Origin: an uncultured Thermodesulfobacteriota bacterium
GTDB lineage: Bacteria; Desulfobacterota; GWC2-55-46; JADFVP01
Length of the DNA: 64,000 nt
Assembly: GCA_964510775.1 (NCBI GenBank)
Contig: CAZEBZ010000002.1
Coordinates: 8,447-72,446 of the forward strand
Direction: 5' to 3'
The notes below the pieces were generated by a model that saw only the letters and a program-made list of their open reading frames with translations, made no database searches and was not told the DNA's origin. Numbering within the stretch: the first letter of the stretch is position 1; every line of letters begins with the position of its first letter. Shown one piece after another: positions 20,822-30,693 of the stretch. Made by a program: the position numbers and the translations under genes.

Positions 20822-22483
20822 TTAATGGGAAGAAGGCGCACATACGCCGCACCTTGTGCATCCGGGGAGGCAGGGCCCTGTAAAGAGCCCCTTCTTTGCC
20901 CTCTCGTACTCAGACCATAAATACTCTTTCTTAACACCAAAATCTATAATATCCCAGGGAAGGATCTCTTCTTTAGCCCTCTCTCTGTATACAGAGGCCT
21001 CCATCAAGGCGCGCCTCTTCTTTATGCTCCTCTTAAGGCCCGTCTCTGCAGCCTCAAGAACAAGCGCGCCCGCCCGACTATCGGCGCGAGCAACGTAGGC
21101 CTGAAAAAAGGCCGCGCCAAGAGGCATGGAGTTAAGGCGCACTCCCTTTAAGGGGCGAAGCCCCGCTCTTATAATACCAAGCCTTCTTTTTAATATTTCC
21201 TCAGTCTCAAGGGTTGACCACTGAAAAGGGGTAAAGGGTTTTGGTATAAAGGGGTTAAGGCTAATGGTAATCTCCGCGCCGCTGAATAACTTATGTATCT
21301 TCGCGATAAGCTCCACTATGGCTGCGGCGTCTTCATCAGTCTCTGTTGGCAGGCCAAAGAGAAAGTATAACTTCATCCGCCCAAAACCCGCCTCCCTGAC
21401 CAACTCTACTGCGCCAAGGATATCGGCCTCAGAAAGGCCCTTATTTATTACGAGCCTCATTCTCTCAGAGCCCGCCTCTGGAGCAAGGGTAACTGTCCTG
21501 TACCCCGCCCTCTTTAGCATAGATAGCTTTTCCTTATCAAGGACATCAAGGCGCATGGAGCTAAGCGTCACCTTTGCCCCTGCCTTCAGGCCTTCCTCAA
21601 CAACAGCCGTGAGGCATGAGTAATCTGATACGGCCGTACCAACGAGTCCTACCTTGCCGGCAGCCTTGGCACCCTCCCGCACGGCAGAAAAGACCTGCTT
21701 TGGCTGACGCTCTCTCTCTGGCAGACAGACAAAACCAGCTGCGCAGAACCTGCATCCCCGCCCGCAGCCCCGCTCTATCTCTATTAACGAGGCCTCCTTA
21801 AAGGCGGCAAGAGGCGTGCGTATAAAATTCTGCGGAATAAAAAAACCCTTAAGTGATTTATTTTTCTTCGCCCTCACCCTCGACTTTACACCCTCACCGG
21901 GCTTTACGGCTTTTAAGACATCATCACTATACTCAACCTCATATAAAGAAGGAACAAAGGTAAAATCAAGCCTCTCTAATGCCTTTAAGAGGGTTGGTTT
22001 TGTTGCCTTTGTCTCAAGGAGGTCTCTGTAAACCTCCATAAACTCCTCTACCGCCCCCTCGCCCTCTCCGGCGATAAAGATATCCATAAAGTCCGAGATA
22101 GGCCAGGGGTTTAAGGACGGAGCTATACCGCCTGCGAGAATAAGGGGCTGCGGCGCCTGCCGCTTCGAAGCTAATGGCGATAAGTCTGCGAGTCTCAGGA
22201 TAAGCGGGATATTAAGGTAATCCTCCTCAAAAGAAATGGAGAAGGCTACGATATCAAAATCCTTAAGAGGCCTCTGTGATTCAAGGGTAAAGAGCGGCGT
22301 ACCAGGGCCTTCAAAGCTGGCGATATCAACCTTATCAGGCAGAAAGACACGCTCGGCGAGCACCCAGTCCATGGAGTTAAGGAGCTTGTAAACTGACTGA
22401 AAACCAAGATTACTCATAGCAGGCGAGTAATGATTGGGGTAGACAAGGGCTACACTTATACGCCCGCCCCGGTCTTTTCGCAC
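20822..22483 (-). CDS. B12-binding-domain radical SAM protein (paralog of the upstream gene, no DUF2344 domain)
   Basis: 553 aa with CGRGCRFC (Cx3Cx2C). It is collinear with the N-terminal 550 aa of the 849-aa neighbour; for example LAPEAGSERMRLVINKG aligns with LAPEAGSERLRYVINKG. Confidence 0.7.
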   Translation of the reverse strand: MRKDRGGRISVALVYPNHYSPAMSNLGFQSVYKLLNSMDWVLAERVFLPDKVDIASFEGPGTPLFTLESQRPLKDFDIVAFSISFEEDYLNIPLILRLADLSPLASKRQAPQPLILAGGIAPSLNPWPISDFMDIFIAGEGEGAVEEFMEVYRDLLETKATKPTLLKALERLDFTFVPSLYEVEYSDDVLKAVKPGEGVKSRVRAKKNKSLKGFFIPQNFIRTPLAAFKEASLIEIERGCGRGCRFCAAGFVCLPERERQPKQVFSAVREGAKAAGKVGLVGTAVSDYSCLTAVVEEGLKAGAKVTLSSMRLDVLDKEKLSMLKRAGYRTVTLAPEAGSERMRLVINKGLSEADILGAVELVREAGFGRMKLYFLFGLPTETDEDAAAIVELIAKIHKLFSGAEITISLNPFIPKPFTPFQWSTLETEEILKRRLGIIRAGLRPLKGVRLNSMPLGAAFFQAYVARADSRAGALVLEAAETGLKRSIKKRRALMEASVYRERAKEEILPWDIIDFGVKKEYLWSEYERAKKGLFTGPCLPGCTRCGVCAPSSH

Positions 22484-22914
22484 CGCGCCTCTTTCAAGGG
22501 CGAGAATCTTTCTCGCCTTGTCCTTTAGTTTCCAGCTTATGGCCCTCTACTCCCTTTGTCTTTACAGTACATGCTCCGCTAAGGCGCAGACTTACATAGA
22601 ATATTATATATATTATCACATAGGCTAATAAAAAGGTGTCCTTCAAAGCAGAGACCCCCTGCGGGGGTCTCTCAGGAAGAATCAATGGACAGGTTTGTCG
22701 CCTGCAAGAAAGGATCGTACGACGGCGGGCCGCCTTTTTTTTTACTAAGATAAGGCGGTGGTATAGTGACAAACAAACACATCATCCCGAAGGGGGTCTC
22801 TGCCTTGAAGACAACAGAAGGGCATGCAAAGCAATAATAGAATGCCCTCCTGTCAAGCCATAAAAAAACTCTTATTCTCCTTATATAATAAGGGCTACTG
22901 CGATAATCCCGCGC

Positions 22915-24111
22915 CTAATCCGCCTGCCTGCGAAGAAAGGTGGGAGTATCGTATATATCCTCATCATCTGTCTTATGCCCCGCGTACTGGCCAAGCCTCT
23001 TTATCTCGCCTGAATTAAAGTTCAGAGACTTTACCTTGTCCTGACGTATTACCGTAGGCACATCAAGGTTCTCTACAAGTACGCGCGCCGCGGGAATATG
23101 GTCAACAGGAGCGGCCTCCTCGGCGGCCTCGCCAAAACCAGTAGCAATTACAGTAACACGTACCTCTTCACCCATGGTCTCATCAATAACAGCGCCGAAG
23201 ATAATATGGGCGTCATCATGTGCCTCTTCATGAATAAGGCTCGATGCCTCGTTCACATCATGTATACTCATATCCGATGACCCTGTAATGTTAAGCAGCA
23301 CACCTCTTGCGCCGTTAATGGAAATATCCTCAAGAAGGGGTGATGAGATGGCCTTTCTCGCCGCGTCCATGGCACGCTGCTCACCGCTTGCCGTGCCGCT
23401 TCCCATAAGGGCCTGGCCCATCTCGCTCATAATTGTCTTCACATCGGCAAAGTCAACGTTTACAAGCCCAGGCACGGTGATGACATCAGAGATGCCCTTT
23501 ACGGCCTGAAGCAAAACCTCATCGGCCTTCGCGAATGCGTCGGCAAGTGTAGTGTTCTTGCATGATACGGAGAGCAGCCTCTGGTTAGGTATGGTTATCA
23601 CCGTATCCACCATCTCCGTAAGCTTTGCAAGACCTTCCTCGGCCTGCCTCATCTTTTTTGAGCCCTCAAAGGAAAAGGGTTTTGTAACGACAGCCACTGT
23701 GAGCGCCCCTGTCTCACGAGCTATCTCCGCTATTACGGGGCTCGCGCCTGTGCCAGTGCCGCCGCCCATGCCGGCGGTAATAAAGACCATGTCCGCACCC
23801 GATAGGCTCTCGAGAATAGCGTCACGGCTCTCAATAGCGGCGCTCCTGCCCACATCGGGGCTCGCGCCTGCGCCAAGACCCTTTGTAAGGGTAGTGCCAA
23901 TCTGCAGATTCACACCTGCGCGCGACCTGCCAAGGGCCTGTACATCTGTATTGGCCGCGAGGAACTCAACGCCCTGCAGACCAAAGTCGATCATTGTATT
24001 TACGGCGTTGCCGCCGCAGCCTCCGACACCAATGACCTTAAGCCTCGCGCCGGCATTAAAGCCGTCGTCAAATCGAATATCCATCTGCCCATCCTTTGTA
24101 AAATTCATCAC
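22915..24111 (-). CDS. ftsZ: Cell division GTPase FtsZ
   Basis: 398 aa with the tubulin signature GGGTGTG and a T7 loop, at the terminal position of the dcw cluster. Confidence 0.95.
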   Translation of the reverse strand: MMNFTKDGQMDIRFDDGFNAGARLKVIGVGGCGGNAVNTMIDFGLQGVEFLAANTDVQALGRSRAGVNLQIGTTLTKGLGAGASPDVGRSAAIESRDAILESLSGADMVFITAGMGGGTGTGASPVIAEIARETGALTVAVVTKPFSFEGSKKMRQAEEGLAKLTEMVDTVITIPNQRLLSVSCKNTTLADAFAKADEVLLQAVKGISDVITVPGLVNVDFADVKTIMSEMGQALMGSGTASGEQRAMDAARKAISSPLLEDISINGARGVLLNITGSSDMSIHDVNEASSLIHEEAHDDAHIIFGAVIDETMGEEVRVTVIATGFGEAAEEAAPVDHIPAARVLVENLDVPTVIRQDKVKSLNFNSGEIKRLGQYAGHKTDDEDIYDTPTFLRRQAD

Positions 24112-24173
24112 CCTCCTCCTCGTTGTCTGAAATATATCCCTCTAATACCCCTCGATTCATAAAATATTCGCCC

Positions 24174-25400
24174 TTAAAAAAATTCCTTCACCCAGCCTTT
24201 CATCCGTGATGTAAGTTTATTAAAGACATTATCGCCGCGCTGCGGAAAATGCGGACTGCTAACCTTTCTTGTGCCAAACTGCACAAGCCCCACACCTGTG
24301 GAGTACATGGGGTTCTGCACAATATCGGAGAGCCCCTTCACGCCCCTTGGAAGCCCCTTTCGCACGGGCAGATTAAATACCTGCTCGGCAAGCTCCACGG
24401 CGCCCTCCATAGCCGAGGTGCCGCCTGTTATGACAATGCCAGATGAGATAAGTGCGTCATAGCCGGATTTTACTATCTCTCTGTTTACAAGCTCAAAGAG
24501 CTCCTCCATACGGGGCTCCAGAATTTCACAGAGCATAAACCTCGATACGCACTTTGATTTGCCTCCACCTACAGTAGGTATTTCAATGGTCTCGTCCTTG
24601 CCTACCATAGCCGTCATGGCGCAGCCGTACTCTTTTTTAATCCTCTCCGCCACACTCGCCGGCGTGCGAAGCCCAACGGAGATGTCCCCCGTCGCCTGAT
24701 TGCCTCCAAGAGAGATAACTGTGGTATATTTTATCGTCCCGTTATGATACAGAGCCACATCAGTAGTACCGCCGCCTATGTCTACGAGGACAACGCCTAT
24801 CTCCTTCTCATCAGGGATTAACACGGCCTCGCTGCTCGCTAACTGCTGCAGCACAATGTCGTCTACATCAAGGCCTGCCTTATTCGCGCATTTAATAATA
24901 TTCTGAGCCGATGTCACGGCGGCAGTAACAATATGAACCTTGACCTCAAGCCTTATGCCTATCATGCCAAGGGGATCTTCTATGCCGGACTGATCGTCGA
25001 CTATATACTCCTGGGGAATAACGTGTATGACCTCTCTATCAGGGGGTATCACGACGGCCTGTGCGGCCTCAATAGCGCGTTCAATATCGGCGCGTGTAAT
25101 CTCGCGGCTCTTCACGGCTATTACGCCGTGGCTGTTAAAGGCGCGAATATGGCCTCCGGCGATGCCGCAGAAGACCTTGTTTATCTCGCAGCCGGCCATT
25201 AATTCCGTCTCCTTAATGGTCTGCCGTATAGACTCCACCGTGCTCTCTATATTTACGACAACACCCTTTCGAAGCCCCTTCGAGGGCTGCACGCCGATGC
25301 CTATTATCTCAAGCCCCTCGGCGGTCTTCTCTCCGGCTATGGCGCATATCTTTGTAGTACCAATATCAAGGCCAACTATGATATTCTCTTTTTTTGCCAT
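24174..25400 (-). CDS. ftsA: Cell division protein FtsA
   Basis: 408 aa actin-like ATPase (DIGTTKICA, GGGTT), immediately upstream of ftsZ. Confidence 0.95.
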   Translation of the reverse strand: MAKKENIIVGLDIGTTKICAIAGEKTAEGLEIIGIGVQPSKGLRKGVVVNIESTVESIRQTIKETELMAGCEINKVFCGIAGGHIRAFNSHGVIAVKSREITRADIERAIEAAQAVVIPPDREVIHVIPQEYIVDDQSGIEDPLGMIGIRLEVKVHIVTAAVTSAQNIIKCANKAGLDVDDIVLQQLASSEAVLIPDEKEIGVVLVDIGGGTTDVALYHNGTIKYTTVISLGGNQATGDISVGLRTPASVAERIKKEYGCAMTAMVGKDETIEIPTVGGGKSKCVSRFMLCEILEPRMEELFELVNREIVKSGYDALISSGIVITGGTSAMEGAVELAEQVFNLPVRKGLPRGVKGLSDIVQNPMYSTGVGLVQFGTRKVSSPHFPQRGDNVFNKLTSRMKGWVKEFF

Positions 25401-26231
25401 TTAAACTCTCTTCGCCCCCTTTACCACGTCATAGTTGTATCTCAGCACGGCCTCTCCGCCCTTTCGCACATCCACGGCCACGGCGCCTCTTAAGACTCTC
25501 TTTTTCATGGCGCGCACCCGCTCAAAGAGTCTCAGACCCGCCTCAAAGTTCGAGTCCCCAAGCTCCACCAACAAGCCGTTATCAAGAGTATGGAGAGTAA
25601 AACCATAGAGCGAGTCGCAGTGTATCTCCGAGACATTATCAAGGTTAAAACCATCTCTACCCTCAAGCACCTTAAAGAGCCTCATAAAGGCCTCCATAAG
25701 CAGACCTTTGTTCTTGATCATGCCCTCGTCAAGTCCTGTTACAAGGGGCAGATCCAGCCTCTCGCCCGCCTCAAGTCTCTTAAATATCGTACCCTCGCTA
25801 TCCATTACAAAGAGGCCTTTGCTCTGCACAATGGCAACGGGCCGCCTCTCTTTAATCACTATCTTTACCGTACCGGGCAGCCTCCTCTTTACAGCCGCCT
25901 TCACCACCCAGGGGTTCTCTCCTATCATCGCCGCCGCCTCGGAGGCAGAGAAGGAGTAGATATTCTGCCCTTCGCTTATGCCTGCAAGCCTTATTATCTC
26001 ACGGGGCTGGCTTCGTAGCGCTCCCTTTACGGAGATATGAGTTACGGCCAACTCAGGCGTTGTAATGGCCTTCTCATATAGCCACCAAGAGCCGTAAACA
26101 ATAAAGGCCACAAGGGATAGGGCTACGCCGGCCTTCACCGCCACGGCTACTCGGCGCGCGGCCCTCTTTATAAAGGGCTCTTTACGTCTCCTGTTGCTTC
26201 TTTTCTTCTTCTTAACAGCCCTGCTTCCCAT
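25401..26231 (-). CDS. ftsQ: Cell division protein FtsQ/DivIB
   Basis: 276 aa bitopic protein with a POTRA-like region, positioned between ddl and ftsA. Confidence 0.8.
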   Translation of the reverse strand: MGSRAVKKKKRSNRRRKEPFIKRAARRVAVAVKAGVALSLVAFIVYGSWWLYEKAITTPELAVTHISVKGALRSQPREIIRLAGISEGQNIYSFSASEAAAMIGENPWVVKAAVKRRLPGTVKIVIKERRPVAIVQSKGLFVMDSEGTIFKRLEAGERLDLPLVTGLDEGMIKNKGLLMEAFMRLFKVLEGRDGFNLDNVSEIHCDSLYGFTLHTLDNGLLVELGDSNFEAGLRLFERVRAMKKRVLRGAVAVDVRKGGEAVLRYNYDVVKGAKRV

Positions 26232-27183
26232 CTGCCTCGCTCTTTAGTGAAGCCCCTTCGAGCATCTCAACTATAAGACCCCTGTAAGTAAGGCCAGCCT
26301 CAGCCGCCGCCATGGGCAGCAGGCTCCTCTCAGTAAGACCCGGTGAGGTATTAACCTCAAGAACAAAGGGGTTGTTATCTTCATCTATCAATATATCTAC
26401 TCGAGCCGCTCCGCTGCAGCCAAGCTTATTGTACGTCTCTAATGCTATTGTATTTATCCTCTCACGCAGCCCATCGCCAAGCGCGGCAGGCACATTAAAA
26501 CTCGCCCCGCCCGGTGTATACTTGGCCTTATAATCATAGAGCCCCTGATCTGTTATTATCTCAACTATTGGCAGCACCCTACCCCCAAGTATAGATACAC
26601 TTACCTCTCTGCCTCTGATGCGCTCCTCGGCCAAGACGGCTCCGCCGACCTCTCTGGCCTCACTTACGGCAAGAGGCAAAGCCTCTACATCCTCAACAAG
26701 ACTAAGCCCCAGCGTAGAGCCCCCTCGTGATGGTTTTACTACAAGAGGAAACTTCAATCCCTTCACGCCCTCTGCCGTTACGTCAGCGCTAAAGGCAGGC
26801 GTTGGTATAGAGTGATGGATAAGAATTTTTTTCGCGGCTATCTTATCCATGGCAAGGGCGCTCGCCAGCACTCCCGAGCCCGTGTAAGGTATCCCCATGA
26901 CCTCAAGGCCGCCCTGAACAGAGCCGTCCTCGCCAGCTCCGCCGTGCAGTACGATAAAGGCGGCTCCTACGCCCTCATCCCTTAACCTCGCGAAGAGATC
27001 CTCTCCCGCGTCAATGGCTGCGGCGTCATAACCGGCCTCAGTAAGGGCCCTTAAGACCGCCTTGCCGCTTCGTAGAGATATCTCCCGCTCAGGCGAGACT
27101 CCACCCATGAGGACACCTACCTTTCCTCCCTCCAGAGAGGATACAACCGTGCTGCCGGCCTTATCTGCCTTAACCATCTTCAC
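26212..27183 (-). CDS. ddl: D-alanine--D-alanine ligase
   Basis: 323 aa ATP-grasp protein with Ddl signature blocks (HGGAGEDGSVQG, PFVLEVNTSPG). Confidence 0.9.
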   Translation of the reverse strand: MKMVKADKAGSTVVSSLEGGKVGVLMGGVSPEREISLRSGKAVLRALTEAGYDAAAIDAGEDLFARLRDEGVGAAFIVLHGGAGEDGSVQGGLEVMGIPYTGSGVLASALAMDKIAAKKILIHHSIPTPAFSADVTAEGVKGLKFPLVVKPSRGGSTLGLSLVEDVEALPLAVSEAREVGGAVLAEERIRGREVSVSILGGRVLPIVEIITDQGLYDYKAKYTPGGASFNVPAALGDGLRERINTIALETYNKLGCSGAARVDILIDEDNNPFVLEVNTSPGLTERSLLPMAAAEAGLTYRGLIVEMLEGASLKSEADGKQGC

Positions 27184-28102
27184 CGACTACCCTTATCTCC
27201 GGCTCAAGGAGCACGCCCGTTGTGCCGTAAACACCGTCTCGCACAAGGGCCATAAGAGAGAGAACCTCTGAGGCCTTTGCGCCGCCCTTATTGACTATAT
27301 AATTCGCGTGTATCGCCGAGACCTCTACGGCGCCATCACGCTTACCCTTAAAACCCGCCTCCTCTATAAGGCGTCCCGCCGCATCGCCCTCGGGGTTACG
27401 GAATATGGAGCCTGCGTTAGCGGGAGGTATAGAGGCCGTTGTCTTTTTTCTCTTCTCTACAAATTCCTTTATCCTTTTTCGTATATTAACTGGCTCGTCT
27501 CTACCGAGCCTCAAGTGCACTCTTGTAACAACAGTATCTCCGCTTATATTAGATGTCCTGTAGCCAAGGGCCATCTCCGCCGCAGGTATAAACTTTCGCG
27601 CACCCTTGCGGCTCATCACCTCGACGCCGTCCATAACATAACTCATGTCCCTGCCGTAGGCCCCGGCATTAATCACCGCCGCGCCGCCCATAGAGCCCGG
27701 TATAGAGGCGGCGAACTCCATACCCGTTAGCCCCCTCTCGGCGCTCTCGGCTACAAAGGCAGGTGTTCTCACCCCCGCCCCCGCAACTACCGTGGCATTA
27801 CCCTCATTCCAGGTAATATCTCGCAGACCCTCTCTCATATTAATAACAATACCCCTGTACCCACCGTCCCTTACAAGCAGATTCGTACCCATGCCCATTA
27901 CGATAAAGGGAAATTTTTTACTTGCGGCGAAGCTCAGTATCTCTCTTAAATCATTCTCATCAAGAGGAAAGGCCATAACATCAGCAGGGCCTCCGATACC
28001 AAAGGAGGTATAATCAGCCATTGGGGCATTAAATAAGATCCTGCCCTTAAAACGCTCTACAAATATAAGTGGATACTGTCTCGACACATTACTATCCTTC
28101 AT
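27170..28102 (-). CDS. murB: UDP-N-acetylenolpyruvoylglucosamine reductase MurB
   Basis: 310 aa with an FAD-binding PCMH domain (GIGGPAD, GMGTNLLV) and a MurB C-terminal domain. Confidence 0.9.
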   Translation of the reverse strand: MKDSNVSRQYPLIFVERFKGRILFNAPMADYTSFGIGGPADVMAFPLDENDLREILSFAASKKFPFIVMGMGTNLLVRDGGYRGIVINMREGLRDITWNEGNATVVAGAGVRTPAFVAESAERGLTGMEFAASIPGSMGGAAVINAGAYGRDMSYVMDGVEVMSRKGARKFIPAAEMALGYRTSNISGDTVVTRVHLRLGRDEPVNIRKRIKEFVEKRKKTTASIPPANAGSIFRNPEGDAAGRLIEEAGFKGKRDGAVEVSAIHANYIVNKGGAKASEVLSLMALVRDGVYGTTGVLLEPEIRVVGEDG

Positions 28103-29506
28103 TTAAAGCACCTTCAAATGACTCGCGCGGCTTGCTTTTTCCAGCATCTCCAGCAGTCCTGTACCTGCCTTCCATACGTCTCCCGCGCCGAGGGTAATCA
28201 CAAGGTCGCCTGCGCGAACCTCTCCCTTTAAAAATTCTGGCACATCGGCGACGCTCTTAATATAAGTAATGTCCTTATGTCCATGCTCCTTTATGGCCTC
28301 ATAGAGAGTCTCGCCGTCTATACCGGCAATGGGCTCTTCTCCTGCGGCGTAGATATCAGTTACAACGAGTTTATCCACATCGTTAAAGGCCGAGAGAAAA
28401 TCCTTAAATAGATCTGCCGTCCTTGAGAATCTGTGAGGCTGGAATACGACTATAATTCTCTTATTAAAACTCTCCTTGGCGCCTCGAAGCACGGCCTTTA
28501 TCTCCTCAGGGTGATGACCGTAATCATCTACTAGCGTAACGCCCTCGGAGGCCCCGCGCACATGAAACCTGCGCTCCACACCGGAGAAAGACTGCAGGCC
28601 CGTCTTTATACTCTCAAAATTAATATTAAGCTCCAGGGCCACAGCAGCGGCGGCAAGGGCGTTCTGAACATTATAGGCTCCCGGCAGATGCAGAGTTACC
28701 CTGCCAAGCTCCTTACCTGCAGCAAATAAATCAAAGGAGGTCTCCAAACCCTCATATCTCAAGTTCGAGCCGCGAACATCGGCCTGAGCCGCGAGGCCGT
28801 AGGTAATGACCCTCCTTGTAACGCGGGGCAGAAGGCTCTGAATAACAGGATGATCAAGACAGAGTATGGCCGCTCCGTAAAAAGGCACCTTGTTCATAAA
28901 ACCAATATATGCGTCATATACATCTTCCATATCGCTGTAGTGGTTCATGTGCTCGCGGTCAATGCTCGTGACAATAGCCATAGTGGGAGAGAGTTTTAAG
29001 AAACTCCCATCGCTCTCATCGGCCTCTGCTACGAGAATATCGCCCTTACCGAGGCGCGCGTTGGCGCCGAGGCTGTTGAGCTTACCGCCCGTTACCACTG
29101 TTGGATCAACACCGGACTCTGCGAGTATTGAGGCGATAAAAGAAGTGGTAGTAGTCTTACCGTGAGTGCCGGCGATGGCTATGCCGTACTTCAGACGCAT
29201 GAGTTCGGCGAGCATCTCGGCGCGGGGGATTATTGGTATCTTAGCCGATGCAGCGGCCTTAAGCTCGGCGTTGGACTCATTAATAGCCGATGAGTAGACT
29301 ACGCACTGCGAGCCGAGGACATTTTCTTCCCTGTGCCCGATATGAATTGTAGCGCCAAGACCCTTGAGCCTCTTTACTGTAGGCGACTCGGCAAGATCCG
29401 AGCCCGTAACCTCGTAGCCCATAGTAAGCAGTACCTCGGCGATGCCGTTCATACCGCTGCCGCCGATGCCTACAAAGTGAATCTTTTTTATCCTGCCCCT
29501 GTTCAT
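28103..29506 (-). CDS. murC: UDP-N-acetylmuramate--L-alanine ligase MurC
   Basis: 467 aa. The N-terminus is HFVGIGGSGMNGIAEVL, with a Mur ligase P-loop (GTHGKTTTT). Confidence 0.9.
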   Translation of the reverse strand: MNRGRIKKIHFVGIGGSGMNGIAEVLLTMGYEVTGSDLAESPTVKRLKGLGATIHIGHREENVLGSQCVVYSSAINESNAELKAAASAKIPIIPRAEMLAELMRLKYGIAIAGTHGKTTTTSFIASILAESGVDPTVVTGGKLNSLGANARLGKGDILVAEADESDGSFLKLSPTMAIVTSIDREHMNHYSDMEDVYDAYIGFMNKVPFYGAAILCLDHPVIQSLLPRVTRRVITYGLAAQADVRGSNLRYEGLETSFDLFAAGKELGRVTLHLPGAYNVQNALAAAAVALELNINFESIKTGLQSFSGVERRFHVRGASEGVTLVDDYGHHPEEIKAVLRGAKESFNKRIIVVFQPHRFSRTADLFKDFLSAFNDVDKLVVTDIYAAGEEPIAGIDGETLYEAIKEHGHKDITYIKSVADVPEFLKGEVRAGDLVITLGAGDVWKAGTGLLEMLEKASRASHLKVL

Positions 29507-29507
29507 C

Positions 29508-30665
29508 CTACTGCCTCGATTGATTAAGCCGCGCTGACTTTGTGAGAGAAAAAGCCTTATTAACGCTAAGAAGGTTCATAAAATCATCTACAATAACTGC
29601 CGCGGCGTTAACACGTCCAAAACCCAGAGCCTTCTTTCTTGAGCTTGAGAGCTCGCCGGGGTTCTCGTAAAAACGCCGTATATTCTCGGCAAGAGACCTG
29701 CCTGTAAGTTTTTCCTGCGGTATCATCACAGCGCCCCCGCCGCGTACCATGCACCTTGCGTTAACCTCCTGATGATTATCAGAGGCAAAGGGGTATGGCA
29801 CAAGGATAGAGACAAGGCCAAAGGCCGCTATCTCCGCTATGGAGGTGGCCCCGGCTCTGCATACCACAAGGTCTGTCGAGGCATAAGCCTCTGCCATGGA
29901 GTCTATAAACCTGTAGAGGCGTACATTGAGTTTTTTCCTCTCATAGGCCTCGTGAACAAAAGAAAAGGCCTTCTCACCGGTCTGATGAATAACATCAAGG
30001 TTATCCCATATATCCCGAAGATACTCCGTGGCATCAAGAAATGCCGCGTTTATTGCCATCGCTCCCTGAGAGCCGCCAAATATTAGAATTGTAAATTTAC
30101 CCCTGCCGCCCTGCCCCGCGCCTCTCTTGCTACTGGCGCGGGAAATAAGCGCCTTCTCAATTATATCCCCTCTCATGGGGTTGCCGGCGAGCAGGACTTT
30201 TTGCTTGGGAAAGAACCCGCCGGCCTCTGGGAAGGCCGTATAGACCCTCTTTACTATGCGGCCAAGCATCCTGTTAGTAAGGCCCGCCTGAGCGTTCTGC
30301 TCCATTACCGCCGTCTTTATCCCAAGAAGCCGAGCCGCCGCCACAACAGGCGCCGATGAGTAAGCCCCGCTCCCGATAACGCCGTCGGGGCGCATAGCGC
30401 GAAGTATTTTTATGGCGCGCACAGTAGCCGCCGCAGCCTTTAGAATGGCAACTCCTTTCTTTAACCCGCGTCCGCCCTTAAGGCCCTCCACATTAAGCGT
30501 AGTAAGGCGGTAACCATAGGCAGGGATTATCTTCTCCTCAAGACCGCCTATTGCGCCGATAAACTCCACCTCAACAGAGCCGTCGCGGCGCTTAAATTCC
30601 TCGGCGAGCGCTATAGCCGGGAAAAGATGGCCCCCTGTACCTCCGCCTGTGAGGACAAACTTCAA
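29508..30665 (-). CDS. murG: Undecaprenyldiphospho-muramoylpentapeptide beta-N-acetylglucosaminyltransferase MurG
   Basis: 385 aa with an N-terminal GGGTGGHLFPA motif and a GT-B fold. Confidence 0.9.
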   Translation of the reverse strand: MKFVLTGGGTGGHLFPAIALAEEFKRRDGSVEVEFIGAIGGLEEKIIPAYGYRLTTLNVEGLKGGRGLKKGVAILKAAAATVRAIKILRAMRPDGVIGSGAYSSAPVVAAARLLGIKTAVMEQNAQAGLTNRMLGRIVKRVYTAFPEAGGFFPKQKVLLAGNPMRGDIIEKALISRASSKRGAGQGGRGKFTILIFGGSQGAMAINAAFLDATEYLRDIWDNLDVIHQTGEKAFSFVHEAYERKKLNVRLYRFIDSMAEAYASTDLVVCRAGATSIAEIAAFGLVSILVPYPFASDNHQEVNARCMVRGGGAVMIPQEKLTGRSLAENIRRFYENPGELSSSRKKALGFGRVNAAAVIVDDFMNLLSVNKAFSLTKSARLNQSRQ

Positions 30666-30693
30666 TAGACTACCTCTGTAATATTAAAATTCC

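Noticed and set aside
22484-22914. 430-bp gap between ftsZ and the radical SAM gene, with a GAGACCCCC-TGC-GGGGGTCTC hairpin (about 22655-22676) and a 92-aa ORF (22494-22772)
   Set aside because: The hairpin is not followed by a U-run in the ftsZ transcript orientation (T-tract about 19 nt away), so only a weak terminator call is possible. The ORF has no motifs and low-complexity composition. It is probably just the ftsZ terminator plus rng-operon promoter region.
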